Counted from the whole stretch's first letter, positions 1 to 12,311 are shown. The stretch: 63,940 nt of DNA, filler included, from Vicugna vicugna (GCA_013265495.1; 76 parts of 73 records of this genome joined end to end with filler, not necessarily neighbours in it); one strand, 5' to 3'. Program-made: numbers and translations. The notes: generated by a model from the sequence alone, not told the origin.

Positions 1-782
1 CTGTGATGGAAAAATCACTTCAGCTGGGGATAATCAGGGAATAAAAGAAGAGGAAAAGGGCTTGGAGTAGAGTACAAGAGAAGGACAGAAGGTCAGGGAG
101 CCTGGGGGCTTGGAAGCGGGGCCTCGGGAGAGAGAGGAGCAGAGGTGTTGAGGGACTCGGATACGGAACCAGCTCCTGCAACTTTCCGCGCACCCAAACC
201 ACACAGCTTTTAATTGGGTCGAAGACTGTCTCCGGTCTGGATGTCACCCTGGGCAGAACCTTGAGAATCGAAGGTAAGGGCAGCACTCACGTAGGGGTTC
301 CCTGAGAACTTTGGTCAAGTCCACAGTGCCTTTTCTAGTCATGTGCCTTCACCTGTTCTTTATCTCAGGATCTGAGAAGCAGGAGGAAGGAACTCAGGGA
401 GAGATCCAGGAAGACANNNNNNNNNNNNNNNNNNNNNNNNNNNNNNNNNNNNNNNNNNNNNNNNNNNNNNNNNNNNNNNNNNNNNNNNNNNNNNNNNNNN
501 NNNNNNNNNNNNNNNNNNNNNNNNNNNNNNNNNNNNNNNNNNNNNNNNNNNNNNNNNNNNNNNNATGGTAAAATTAACACTAACAATTGAAATTTTGTTA
601 AATAGCCTGCGACTGTTATTTGTATCACTTGAATGTATGCAGGTGTATTTCTATGAACATTTATAGGTTCACACAACCCCACCAGTCCCTCTTGCTCCCA
701 TCGGAGATGGGATTTCTCAAGCATAGTGCCTCTCCTACTTGTGTGGGCTACGCTGCGTGTCCTCGCCTGGGGCCGGATGCTG

Positions 783-882
783 NNNNNNNNNNNNNNNNNN
801 NNNNNNNNNNNNNNNNNNNNNNNNNNTTAATTAATTAANNNNNNNNNNNNNNNNNNNNNNNNNNNNNNNNNNNNNNNNNNNN
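783..882. other. Artificial scaffold-joining spacer N44-TTAATTAATTAA-N44 (first of ~75 copies; last at 63676-63775)
   Basis: The same 100-bp cassette recurs every ~0.3-1.6 kb. The 12-mer is palindromic with stops in all six frames, and the sequence class changes abruptly across each copy. Confidence 0.98.
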
Positions 883-2096
883 AAGGCACTTGCCAAGGTC
901 TGGCCATAGAGGGCCGGTGGGTTTCCCTGGTTGACGAGGAACCAACAGGCCGTTAGTCCCCTATGGGTCTAAACATCTCCTGAATTCCTCCGGGTGACAC
1001 TGAAATGCAGTGAGACACGGAACTTTCTTAAGTTGTTACAATCTTCATGGTGAGCCATTCAACTCTCTCCTCATTCTTGGCTAAGAAAGCACGATAAACA
1101 CAGGCCAGAAACTCATCAGCCTGTTGGTTGACTGTTGGTTGCTATCCGTCTGGCGCCCCCTCTTGTAGGAGACTTTATCACATCACCCAGGGCTGACCCG
1201 GCTCAGGATTATAGCTGATCTTCCGGAGGTGGCATCACTTGCTACTGACACGAAGCAGGCAAGTTAACCACTTCCCAAACACTGAGGCTCCTCCTGGGAG
1301 GAACCTGCAGACCCCCANNNNNNNNNNNNNNNNNNNNNNNNNNNNNNNNNNNNNNNNNNNNTTAATTAATTAANNNNNNNNNNNNNNNNNNNNNNNNNNN
1401 NNNNNNNNNNNNNNNNNAGTTTAATTTATTTGGTTATAATACAAATTTGGGAACACTTTTTTTCTAAGGAAGTTGCTTTTTAAAATATTTGGATCTGATA
1501 TAATTGTGATTTATTACAAGTCAAAAAACCCCAGAAAATATCAAAAGTTTGAGCAATTGACAATGGATATTTGAAAATGGATAATTGAAAAGAGATATTT
1601 GACAGTATCTCATTTCCATACTCATAAAGGAAGACAAGAAGGGTTGCAGATGCACTTTCTCATCTATTGATATTATGCTATCAGATCCTAATAACATATC
1701 TGATGTTGTATATATATCTGATGTGTATATAGTTTCAGATGCATTAAAAAGCTATTTTTAAGACATTCAAAAACTAATTGTTGTAAGTTTATTAAAGGAA
1801 TAAACTCAAAATGTTTTCATCTTTAAAATATTAAAAAACTATTTGAGAATTAATATTTTAAGAGACTAGTTTTATTCTCCATTTCAAACTTGGGGATTGT
1901 AAATAAATAGAAACATGTATGAAAATCAGTTTTAGAAAAAAATATGGATAGCCATATATTTTGTTCTACAATATTCTTTTCTTTCTTGTTTTAAACNNNN
2001 NNNNNNNNNNNNNNNNNNNNNNNNNNNNNNNNNNNNNNNNTTAATTAATTAANNNNNNNNNNNNNNNNNNNNNNNNNNNNNNNNNNNNNNNNNNNN

Positions 2097-2446
2097 GGAA
2101 ACATTGTCAGTGCGTGGGGGAGCTCGAGAGAAATCTCCATGTAGCTCTCTTCATTCACAGGAGATCCCTGTTCGGGTTATTCCGGGAAAAACCTTCACTG
2201 ACCTTGGGGAGGCAGCGTATGACACTGGGATATCCTGCAAACCACCCTAATATTCCCTTGCACAGACACATTAGGAAAACCCTAAGGGTAGAGGAGCTTA
2301 GGCATTCCGTTAGAACCCACGCGCTGCCGAACGTTGGTGGAACCTCCCCACGCTCAGGATTCCGGAAAAATTTTCAGTGTGTGGGGGAGCTCGAGAGACA
2401 ACTCCACGCAGCTCTCTTCAGTCACAGGTGTTCCCTGTTCGGGGAA
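2097..2446 (+). repeat. Satellite A (267-bp GC-rich monomer), ~1.3 copies
   Basis: Motifs GGCATTCCGTTAGAACCCACGCGCTGCCGA and CTCAGGATTCCGGAAA are shared with 8 other fragments. Strand is an arbitrary convention. Confidence 0.95.
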
Positions 2447-2546
2447 NNNNNNNNNNNNNNNNNNNNNNNNNNNNNNNNNNNNNNNNNNNNTTAATTAATT
2501 AANNNNNNNNNNNNNNNNNNNNNNNNNNNNNNNNNNNNNNNNNNNN

Positions 2547-2985
2547 TCCTGGGCTCTCAGATGTCTGCCTGTGATCCCTTAACAGATAAAGCACATTCTT
2601 CACTGGGCATGTTTCCCCTAACAAACTAATAGCCCTGGGTAGTGCCTAATCTCACAACAGCTCAGGCTGGCTTGTTTGAGCCCACCTTTTCAGACTCATA
2701 AATCCCCGGTGTCCCTTCACGGACCCTAAACTTCTTACTTCACCTACAGCCAATCAGAGACTTGTGCACAAGCCGATCAGTCACCTTGTGACCTGACCTT
2801 ATAAAAGACTCCAACAATTGGCCCTCGGCGCTCACATTGGCACCTCTCATCTCTGTGGCCTGCTGTTGTCTCTGGCAGTGTACCCCTAATAAACTCCTTT
2901 ACCATTTCCTCCCTCATCTCTGGTAAACTCTTTTGCCAACCCGTGTCACCGGCCCATCACGGACTGTCCCACTGTGGACCACGAC
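2547..2985 (+). mobile_element. ERV-type LTR (5' end cut by contig edge)
   Basis: Ordered CCAAT (2750), TATAAAA (2800) and AATAAA (2888), followed by a U5-like CT-rich segment. The 3' end is approximate and the subfamily is unassigned. Confidence 0.7.
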
Positions 2986-3513
2986 GCTTATCCTTGCTTG
3001 TCCCTGGGCAGTGTTCCTGGGTCCCTCCTCCAATTTGTGCTGCTTCAGCACGCCCATCCTCTCCTGAAGCCATAAACACAAACACACACACACCGCCCCG
3101 GCCCCCACCTTGTTACTATTCCTAGATTCTGTGGGGGAGAGAGTTGCAAGGGCCGTTGGTGCATTTTTGATTTGCATTAAGAACTTGAGTGAGATTTGTT
3201 TAAGCCTCAGAGGACATTCCAGAGTCTAGAATCTAGAGTGAGACTGTTTCATCTCTTCTGGGAGAAGTCATCCAGGACATGGCCCTTTTCACTGGGAGAA
3301 GTCACCTAGGGAGACTCTTCCTTCTTGCCTTTCCTCCTTCTACAGACAATTTATTGAACCCCACTGTGAGCCAGGCACTTGCTGGGCACTGAGTAATTTC
3401 AAGAGAAATGAGANNNNNNNNNNNNNNNNNNNNNNNNNNNNNNNNNNNNNNNNNNNNTTAATTAATTAANNNNNNNNNNNNNNNNNNNNNNNNNNNNNNN
3501 NNNNNNNNNNNNN

Positions 3514-4320
3514 TTTATTCTTTTAAATTGTTCAATTCAATGGTTTTTAGTATAATTAAAAAATTGTACACCCATCGCCAGTAATTCCAGAGTATTTTCA
3601 TCATCTAAAGAAGGAAACTCTGTGCCCATAAACAGTCACAACTCATTCTCCATGTCCCCAGCTGCTGTCAACTAATTTATTTTCTGTCTGTATTCTAAAT
3701 TTTTCATATAAAAAGATTTGTGTATTTGCATAGTCCAAACATTTCATATAAAAGGAATCATAATATGTGGCCCTTTATTTTATGTCCATCTTCTTTATTA
3801 TGTCCATCTTCTTTCACGTAGTATAATGTGTTTAAGATTCATCTGTGCTGTAACGTGTCCATATTTCATTCCTTTTTGTGGCTGAATAATATTCCACTAC
3901 AGAGATACTTCACATTCTATTTATCCACTCATCGGTTGGTAGATGTTTGAATTGTTTCTGCTTTTAACTATTATGAATAACTACTTTGAATGTTCACTGA
4001 ACAAGTTTTTATATGAACATAATCTTTCACTTCTCTTAGTTATATACCTAGGAGTGGAATTGCTGGATCGTATCATAACTCTGTGTTTAGTTTTTAGAGA
4101 AGCTGCCTATTTTCCACAGTAGCTGCCCCGTTTTGCATTCCCACCGGCAGTAGATGAGTTTAGTTTCTCCACATCCTTGTGAACAGTGGTTACTGTCAGT
4201 TCTTTGGATTAGAGCTGTCCTAGTGGCTGTGCAGTTACATCGTTATGGGTTTGATTTGCATTTCCCCACATGATGTCTGATGGCGTTGAGCATCCTTTCA
4301 TGTGCTTATTGGCAACAGTG
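3514..4320 (-). mobile_element. Old L1 (L1M-type) ORF2 3' end and 3'UTR, antisense
   Basis: Typical antisense L1 motifs: GGCTGAATAATATTCCA, TATATACCTAGGAGTGGAATTGCTGGATC, TTGCATTCCCACCGGCAG, GAGCATCCTTTCATGTGCTTATTGGC. Confidence 0.9.
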
Positions 4321-5679
4321 ATTTCTTAAAACTTTTTCCTTTAGGTAGTTTCCTGTTAAAGTTTATTCANNNNNNNNNNNNNNNNNNNNNNNNNNNNNNN
4401 NNNNNNNNNNNNNTTAATTAATTAANNNNNNNNNNNNNNNNNNNNNNNNNNNNNNNNNNNNNNNNNNNNAAGCAGGCGGACAAATATCTGGAACAGTTTG
4501 TTACAAATAATTTCCCCACTGAAAATTTAAAAATAAAATGAAAGAGATGAAATGCTCTACTGACCTCACGTGAATGGGCTTCCTTCGGTGCTCGATTGTT
4601 CTGTAACCCCGATTGAGAGACTCAGGAGAGTCAGCATGGCTCCTGGGAGTCCCCAAGTTACTGCCCACCAGCACGCTGACCACCATCACATCTGCCAGGT
4701 TTGAATTGCAAAGAAGAGACCAACTTCTGAAAGGCACAGAATATGTTAACAAGGGAAGAAAAGGCTGCAGTCAGTCCTGGAACAGAGGCCCTGAGAGCAG
4801 AGGCCAGAAGTCTGCAGGTGAACTGCTGTGGCCCTGGGGCAGGAAGGGAACACAGGGGAGACTTCTCCCTCGGGTAGGAGATATAAAGCCTGCATCGTTC
4901 TCACCTGGNNNNNNNNNNNNNNNNNNNNNNNNNNNNNNNNNNNNNNNNNNNNTTAATTAATTAANNNNNNNNNNNNNNNNNNNNNNNNNNNNNNNNNNNN
5001 NNNNNNNNTTTTTTTTTTTTAAGGTTTATGCTACCACTTGTACTTTGGGCTTTTTCTGGATCTTTGTAGTATTTGTAAAATACTATTTAAGAAAACCAAG
5101 ACTGCCTATACTTGTTAATTATTTCATTTCTCACAAAGATGCCTTGGTAAAAGTGTTTTTCTTCGTGGTAAAACACAGCAAATTGATTTACAAAACCATA
5201 TGAGCCTATATGAAGTCTAAAAATGTATTTATAAAAACACTGTGTATGATGTAGCAAATCCTGAAGAGCAAAGCCTCTTATCACAAGACAAAAAAATAAC
5301 TTCTTTAGTTTTAAAATTGTATTATTATTGAAGAATTCTTATTTGCTTACTTTTAAAAATGGTTAAAGTTTTCTTACTTTAAATATTTAGCATAGTCACT
5401 GAATCAGAAAGTTCTGAAAGGCTCATAAAGGAATGAGTTTATAGGAGGTCACTAAAATATAAAATAATAAATAATTCAGAAGTGCAAAAATAAATTCTTC
5501 TTCTTCCACTACTCTGACTGCACTAATATCATCGTGTTACATTATGTACAAGAAAACAAAGAATGTCAAGAAGGGTAATNNNNNNNNNNNNNNNNNNNNN
5601 NNNNNNNNNNNNNNNNNNNNNNNTTAATTAATTAANNNNNNNNNNNNNNNNNNNNNNNNNNNNNNNNNNNNNNNNNNNN

Positions 5680-6142
5680 TCACTGGAATGGAACACAGAG
5701 GCAGAAATAAAATATCACATCTATGGTCAAATAAACTATGAAAAAGGAAAAAAAAATATACAAAGCCTAAAACAAAGATTTAAGCAAGTGATGTTGAGAA
5801 AGCTAGACAGCTACATGTAAATCAATGAAATTAGAATACTCCCTCACACTTTACAAAAATAAACTCAAAATGTTTTAAATATCTGAATGTAATACATGAC
5901 ACAAAAACTACTGGAATCTCAAAAAGTCAAAACAAGACATAAATTGTAGCGAAACTTTCTTATTTCATTNNNNNNNNNNNNNNNNNNNNNNNNNNNNNNN
6001 NNNNNNNNNNNNNNNNNNNNNNNNNNNNCTAATTAAACACCTTCTACACACCAAAATAAACAATATGGAAACATAAAATTCCAAATGGAAGAAAAACTTA
6101 GGAAACAATGCAATCAACAAGAGGCTAATTTCTAAAATACAC
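5680..6142 (+). mobile_element. Degenerate L1 ORF2 fragment
   Basis: A-rich, with L1-like CACATCTATGGTCAA, GACAGCTACATGTAAATCAATGAAATTAGAA and AAAATAAACTCAAAAT; frame is disrupted. Confidence 0.8.
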
Positions 6143-6280
6143 NNNNNNNNNNNNNNNNNNNNNNNNNNNNNNNNNNNNNNNNNNNNTTAATTAATTAANN
6201 NNNNNNNNNNNNNNNNNNNNNNNNNNNNNNNNNNNNNNNNNNATCTGTCATCTCCCCTTTGTGCTGCTGTTTTTACTTTA

Positions 6281-6427
6281 AAAAAATTTGGGGGGGGTAA
6301 GGTAATTAGATTCATTTATTTATTTACTTACTTTTAACTTACTTACTTAATGAAAGTACCGGGAATTGAACCCAGGACCTCATGCATGCTAAGCACGCAC
6401 TCTACCATTGATCTATGCCCTCCTCCC
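6281..6427 (-). mobile_element. tRNA-derived SINE, camelid Vic-1 type
   Basis: The reverse strand reads GGAGGAGGGCATAGATCAATGGTAGAGTGCGTGCTTAGCATGCATGAGGTCCTGGGTTCAATTCCCGGTAC (A and B boxes), then a TAAA-rich tail with CTAATTACC and a C-run. This matches my recollection of the Tylopoda Vic-1 SINE. Confidence 0.85.
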
Positions 6428-6989
6428 TGTACTATTGTTTTTAACCAAGTGTTTGATGATCCCATGTTGTGCTCTTATGTTTTTATTTGACATTTCTTAT
6501 TGAGTATGAATAAGGAGTTTCGAGAGGAAACATATGGCACAGTCAAAAAGGGTATAAAAAAAGATTTTTTTTTTTTTTTTTTCCACAGGCATGTAGACAG
6601 GGTTAGGGGAATCAACAAAGTTTGGTGAGACATCCAGGAGCAAGCAACAGGAGGAATGGATTACTGCCCGTAGCCTGAAAAGCCCGTAACAGAAAGGATG
6701 CGTTCTGGTCAGTGATGATGAGTGAGGTCAAGGGGAAACCATTCAGGAGCTGCGGCCTCGGACGAACAAAGACATAGCACAGTTGTAACAAAGCAGGAAA
6801 AATGTGGGGAATAAACACCCCCACCTCTCTCTTCGCTCCTTCTCCAGANNNNNNNNNNNNNNNNNNNNNNNNNNNNNNNNNNNNNNNNNNNNTTAATTAA
6901 TTAANNNNNNNNNNNNNNNNNNNNNNNNNNNNNNNNNNNNNNNNNNNNCTGTATATGGTACAAGGTGGGCATCTGGGCAAAGGGTGGCT

Positions 6990-7600
6990 TCCAGATCCAT
7001 CACTCCACAGTTCTGGAGGCCAGAAGTCCAGGGTGGGTCAGCGGGGCTGCCTTCCTCCTGGAGGCTCTAGGGGGGATCGGACGAAACCCCAGAAGCCCGG
7101 GACATAGTTTATGAGCCAGTCTGTGGGTGGACCCACCACGTGGAATCCTAATGTGCTCCCTCCCTCCTCGGACACCCAGAAAGAATCCACGATCTTGTAG
7201 ATGGATGATGTGAATTCACGTCTTCTGAGTTCAGTTCTCACCAAAACCTCAGACAGTATGTCAACAAACAAAAAGAGGAAAACAAAGTCTGCTTAAGAGG
7301 CACAAGCCTACACGACTGTAAGACTAAGCAAGCTGTCACCGGTGTTGTTGAGGCCAAATTGCTAAGCCACTCAGGGCCGATCTTTTTGGGAGGACAAGAT
7401 GTGTGGTTGGAAGCGGCTCCAGACCCATGTCGGTCTCTGATGACTGCTGTGACAAAGGACACAAACCAAGTGTCTTTACACAACATGGATTTATCACCTG
7501 GCGTATCTGGAGGTCAGCGGTCCAACACAGGTCTTGCAGGGCTAAAATCTAGGTCTCGGCTGAGCTGGGCTCCATTCCCAGGCTCTAGAGGAGGACCCTG
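6990..7600. mobile_element. MaLR (MLT1-like) LTR fragments at ~6990-7075 and ~7435-7600
   Basis: CACAGTTCTGGAGGCCAGAAGTCC...GGAGGCTCTAGGG and CTGCTGTGACAAA...GGGCTAAAATCTAGG...GGCTCTAGAGGAG are typical MLT1 motifs. Confidence 0.65.
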
Positions 7601-7619
7601 GCTGTGTCCTGACATGTGA

Positions 7620-7881
7620 CATGAAACGGATGTCTGGCCTTTCCCCCTCCTGACACAGAGCTCCTAAAACCCTCGGGGTTTCCTAAGGGATCAGAGTGAA
7701 GAAGATGAAATGGGTGCATTTTGTTATCCATGTAGCAAGCCTCTTCAACCATGCCAGGGTTTAAGGTAATGAAGTGACTTTTGGAAAGTCGTTAAGGAGG
7801 AGGGCCAGTTGCCAAGGGAGCCAACCAAGCGATCTCAGGCTGGACCCTCCAGGGAGCGGAGAGGTGCTGGAGGTTGAATCA
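7620..7881. mobile_element. MER21-like LTR fragment
   Basis: CCTGACACAGAGCTCCTAAAACCCT, GTTGCCAAGGGAGCCAACCA and GCTGGAGGTTGAATCA resemble the MER21 consensus. Confidence 0.65.
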
Positions 7882-8859
7882 NNNNNNNNNNNNNNNNNNN
7901 NNNNNNNNNNNNNNNNNNNNNNNNNTTAATTAATTAANNNNNNNNNNNNNNNNNNNNNNNNNNNNNNNNNNNNNNNNNNNNGCTTCTGACCCCGGCGAGA
8001 CTCTGCCCCAGGGGCGGTGACTGACGCGGGGGTGTGCCTGTTTCCCGGGCCCTGCCCCGGGGGACGCTGGCTGCGGTTCAGGCCCTCTGGTTTCCTGCAG
8101 CCCCCGACCTCCTCAGCCACGTGCCCAGGAGGTCACTACTCGGCAGTCACGCGGAGGGTCCCGTTTTCTACCCCAAGGAGCTGTCCCCAGTGACCTTTTT
8201 GCCTGTGGTCTGTGGTCCAACACTCACTCGCACTAGAATGGAACGAGTTAAGCAGGTGGAGATTGCCAGTAAGGGATTCGGAGGAGAGGACCAGGGAGAG
8301 AAAATGAATGAAGTGTGAAGGGAATCTGGGGAGGTGAAACCGGCGCCCCATCTTGCTGGCGTTCTTTGTCTGTCTGTCCACGTAACCCCTCCCGGAGACA
8401 GTGCCGCTGCCCCCGGGCTGGAAGCGCTGTGCAGGTTTATGTCCTCTCATGGGGCACTCTTGATGTGTGGCTGACCTGGGATATAGAATGTTCTACTAGA
8501 CGTAGCTGCCAGGATGGTGTGAAACCATCGACAGCCCACTACACAAGCAGGAGTTTCAGAGCTGCAGCCTGCCTCCNNNNNNNNNNNNNNNNNNNNNNNN
8601 NNNNNNNNNNNNNNNNNNNNNNNNNNNNNNNNNNNNNNNNNNNNNNNNNNNNNNNNNNNNNNNNNNNNNNNNCACGCGGGCACGAGGGCCGTGGAGATTG
8701 CAGGCCGGTGGTGTGGTGCTCAGGTGGGGGCTGGTCTTACCCCCGGGGCCATTTCAGGTTTCCTAACACCAGGCAGCTTTCTAAACAGAAAGGGAAAGTA
8801 TTTTGCTAGGTCATTATTAAAGACATCTTTTTAACACTGACCTGTTTTTCACTGCCTAG

Positions 8860-9028
8860 GCATTTGAGAAGTACCTGAAAGACGCCGTGGAGCGCAGCAG
8901 GTGTAACCTGGCAGCGAGGCTTGCTGCGGGATCTGCGCCGGGATCTGCCCCGGACTGCTAGGAATGGCTGCCCTTCCTGTCCCTGTACTGCCTCCCACAG
9001 GGCAGAGTATCTCTTCTGCGCCTGCAAG
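8860..9028 (+). CDS. Candidate pair of small internal coding exons (8860-8900 and 9001-9028) of an unidentified gene
   Basis: Acceptor CTGAC..TTTTTC..CTAG|G, weak donor CAG|GTGTAA, strong acceptor CCTCCCACAG|G and donor AAG|GTAAGG. Spliced, they give 69 nt = AFEKYLKDAVERSRAEYLFCACK. Confidence 0.4.
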
Positions 9029-9147
9029 GTAAGGGCATCCATCCACANNNNNNNNNNNNNNNNNNNNNNNNNNNNNNNNNNNNNNNNNNNNTTAATTAAT
9101 TAANNNNNNNNNNNNNNNNNNNNNNNNNNNNNNNNNNNNNNNNNNNN

Positions 9148-9539
9148 AGAAGCCGCCCCTGGCTCCGCCGCCGGGGAGAGCAGAGCGAATTGACCGGCTT
9201 CCCTGCGGCAGACCCCTCCCCCCGTGGGCCCCGCAGCTTAAACGACACCGCCTCCGCTCCCCACTCAGCAAGCTGAGGGGGCAGGTGTGTCCGGCCACCT
9301 GGGGAAGCAGAGGCCGCTCCCAGGCCGGGCAGCCGGGAAAAGGCAGCTATTCCACCAGTTCGCCAGGGGCAGCCCCGCTCCGCCCCTCTGCCGCTCCCGC
9401 CGCCCCCTGACCTAACCGCCCCACCNNNNNNNNNNNNNNNNNNNNNNNNNNNNNNNNNNNNNNNNNNNNNNNNNNNNNNNNNNNNNNNNNNNNNNNNNNN
9501 NNNNGAAGAGAAGAACCGGCTTGCCCAGGCAGCCTCCCA

Positions 9540-9571
<32 letters not shown>

Positions 9572-9617
9572 GGCCGCCCCAAAGCATTGTACTAGCCTCC
9601 CGGGGTCAGGCTGACTG
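9148..9617. promoter_or_regulatory. CpG-island-like fragment with (CCG)10 at 9541-9570
   Basis: Very GC- and CpG-rich, with GC boxes (CCGCCC), a perfect CCG run and an adjacent GCGGCCGC. Confidence 0.65.
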
Positions 9618-10012
9618 NNNNNNNNNNNNNNNNNNNNNNNNNNNNNNNNNNNNNNNNNNNNTTAATTAATTAANNNNNNNNNNNNNNNNNNNNNNNNNNN
9701 NNNNNNNNNNNNNNNNNAAGATTGTTTCTAATTTCCAAAATAATATTGAATTAAAGCTACTTTATACGAAAGTATTAAGAAAGAAAGTAATTGCTGCCAG
9801 TCTTGCAGATAGTCTGAAAGGAGTTCCAGAATTGAATTATGGAGAATTAACTGGATAAATCAATCTGGAAGTAGATTTACCACTGGTGCAGCATTTAGAA
9901 ATGAAAAGAGCCGGAAGTAGTCTTTCGATGGAATCTCAAAGTACGCTCAGTTCTTTCCTGGTTTCTAGGACCAGGAAGAGCAGTACTACCTTTCTCTACC
10001 TAAAAAGGAATG

Positions 10013-10209
10013 TGGAGGAGTAGGAGGAGGTGGAGGAGGGGGAGGAGGTGAAGGAGGAAGAGGAGGTGGATGAGGAAGAGGAGGTGGAGGAGTATGTGGA
10101 GGAGGAGGAGGTGGATGTGGAATTGGAGGAGGAGGAGGAGGTGGAGGAGGTGGAGGAGAAGGTGGAGGAGGAGGAGATTGAGGAGGAGGAGGACGAGTTG
10201 GAGGAGGTG

Positions 10210-10244
<35 letters not shown>

Positions 10245-10298
10245 GAAGGAGATGGTGGAGGAGGAGGTGGAGGAGGAGGTGGAGGAGGATGTGGAGGA
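10013..10298. repeat. Imperfect (GAG/CCT)n trinucleotide repeat
   Basis: About 95 triplets of GAG with GTG/GAT/AAG variants, running into the contig end. Confidence 0.95.
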
Positions 10299-10469
10299 NN
10301 NNNNNNNNNNNNNNNNNNNNNNNNNNNNNNNNNNNNNNNNNNTTAATTAATTAANNNNNNNNNNNNNNNNNNNNNNNNNNNNNNNNNNNNNNNNNNNNCA
10401 CGACCAACTTTGTTTATCGCATCACTTTGAGGGTACAGTAACACTAAAAAGTGATCGATGTAATTTTAG

Positions 10470-11266
10470 TGGAATAAAAGATAATTTAAAAATGTACAGA
10501 TAAGTCACTTGATAGAATTCAATTTTCATTCGTGCCTTAAAAAAAAAGCTTACAAGCTAGATGCAAAAGGGAAATTCCTTAAGCTAATAAAGAATGCAAA
10601 AATCCTATAACAAACATATACTTCATGGTGAAATGCTGAAGGCTTTCTTTTGAAGGTGAGAAACAAAATCAGATTGTCTCTCACTACCACTTGTATTTAG
10701 CATTGTGCTGGAGGTCCTAGCTGGTTCAAGGAAGCAAGCCAAAGAAGTAAAAGGCATTAGATTTGAGAGAAAGAACTAAAACTCATTACTAGTGGATATG
10801 ATTGTGTTAATAAAATCTAAATAAATCTACAGATGAATCACTAAGTAAATTTAATAATTTTGATGAAATCAAAGTTGAGATAAATTTCACTTTTCTATAT
10901 GAAAACAGGTTATGACTTTTTAGATACTATATCATTGCTCAATATCACCAAAGAATAACTAATACTTCGGAATAAACGTAACACAAGTATATTATATAAG
11001 AAAACGTTTTGCAGGAAAATGTAAAAGATAGCAAGATATACCTTATTCATCATTGAACTCAATTATTATCAATATGTCAGTTCTTCTCTAATAGTTCTCT
11101 ACATCTATAAATTCAATGTAATCCTTATATAAATCCCAACTACTATTTTTGGAGGGCACAGAACTTGACCAAAACTTGTTCTAACATTTATACAGAAAAG
11201 CAAGGGGCCGAGAATAGATAGGACATTATTGACATAGTACAATAAAATAGTAGGGTTTATTAACTA
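10470..11266 (+). mobile_element. Ancient L1 ORF2 (RT region) relic
   Basis: CTTCATGGTGAAATGCTGAAGGCTTT, TTTAGCATTGTGCTGGAGGTCCTAGC and AATTCAATGTAATCC; many stops. Confidence 0.8.
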
Positions 11267-11366
11267 NNNNNNNNNNNNNNNNNNNNNNNNNNNNNNNNNN
11301 NNNNNNNNNNTTAATTAATTAANNNNNNNNNNNNNNNNNNNNNNNNNNNNNNNNNNNNNNNNNNNN

Positions 11367-11578
11367 CCATTGAACAATGTGGGGACTAGGGACATTGACC
11401 CAATGCACAGTTGAAAATCTCTGTATAACCCACAGTTGGCCTCCTATACCCGAGGTTCCTCTCATTCTTAAGTTCAACCACTGAGGACCAAGTAGTGATG
11501 TAATATTTACTATTGAAAAAATCTGTGCATAAGTGGACCCCTGTAATTCAAACCCATGTTGTTCAAAGGTCAGCTCTG
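11367..11578. mobile_element. Tigger2a-like non-autonomous DNA transposon (Tc1/mariner-Tigger MITE)
   Basis: TIR remnants CCATTGAACAA ... TTGTTCAAAGGTCAGCT, with internal GTTGAAAATCTCTGTATAAC and ATAAGTGGACCC...TTCAAACCCATG. Confidence 0.75.
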
Positions 11579-11659
11579 TGTGTGTTTATATATGTGTGTT
11601 TGTGTGTGTGTGTGTGTGTAACATTTATAAATAAACACTGTATGATTAGGATCACAGTT

Positions 11660-12311
11660 AATAAAATAAATGCATGACATCCACACTGAAACCTATAAGA
11701 CAGGCCTTAGGGGAACTAAAGAAGGCCTAAATTAATGGTGAAACATGCCATGATCATAGATTTGAAGAGTCAATATTATGAGTATTTCTTCTGGTTGATC
11801 TATGGATCCAACAATTCCCAGTAGATTTTTTAAAAAAATTAAATAGTTTAGAAATTAAATTGATTATAAAATTTATATGGGAATACAAATGCATAAAATA
11901 ACCCTTAAGATACCTTGGAAGAGAAGAACATAGTTGGAGTATTTAAACTATCTGATTTCACATCTTACCACAAAGCTACTGTAATTTAGAAAGTGTGATA
12001 TTTGTATACGAATGGACACATAGAACAAAGAAGTAGAATAGAGTCTACATTTAGACCCACATATATACAGTCACTTGAGTTTTGGCAAAGATGCTTGTGC
12101 AACTTGGTAGGGAATTTAGAGTCTTTATAACAAATGGTGTTAGAACAACTGGATAAACTCGTAGGGGAAAAAGTGAACAGTAGCTCGTACCGCACACCAT
12201 ACACAAAAATTCATTCAAGGTGGATCATAGATCTAAACATAAAAGCTTTGTTTTCTAGAATAAAAAAAGAATATTATCTTCATGACCTTGGGATAGGCAA
12301 TTTTTTTTTTT
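11660..12311 (+). mobile_element. Old L1 ORF2 fragment, preceded by a (TG)n tract at ~11576-11619
   Basis: AAAGCTACTGTAAT, GACCCACATATATACAGTCACTTGA, AACAAATGGTGTTAGAACAACTGGATA and CACACCATACACAAAAATT. Confidence 0.85.

Noticed and set aside
6355..6427. tRNA-Ala-like gene
   Set aside because: Stems are degenerate and it is followed by a SINE tail; this is a tRNA-derived SINE.
10030..10354. Glu-rich and Arg/Trp-rich plus-strand ORFs
   Set aside because: Translations of a simple repeat with in-frame stops just upstream and no supporting gene structure.
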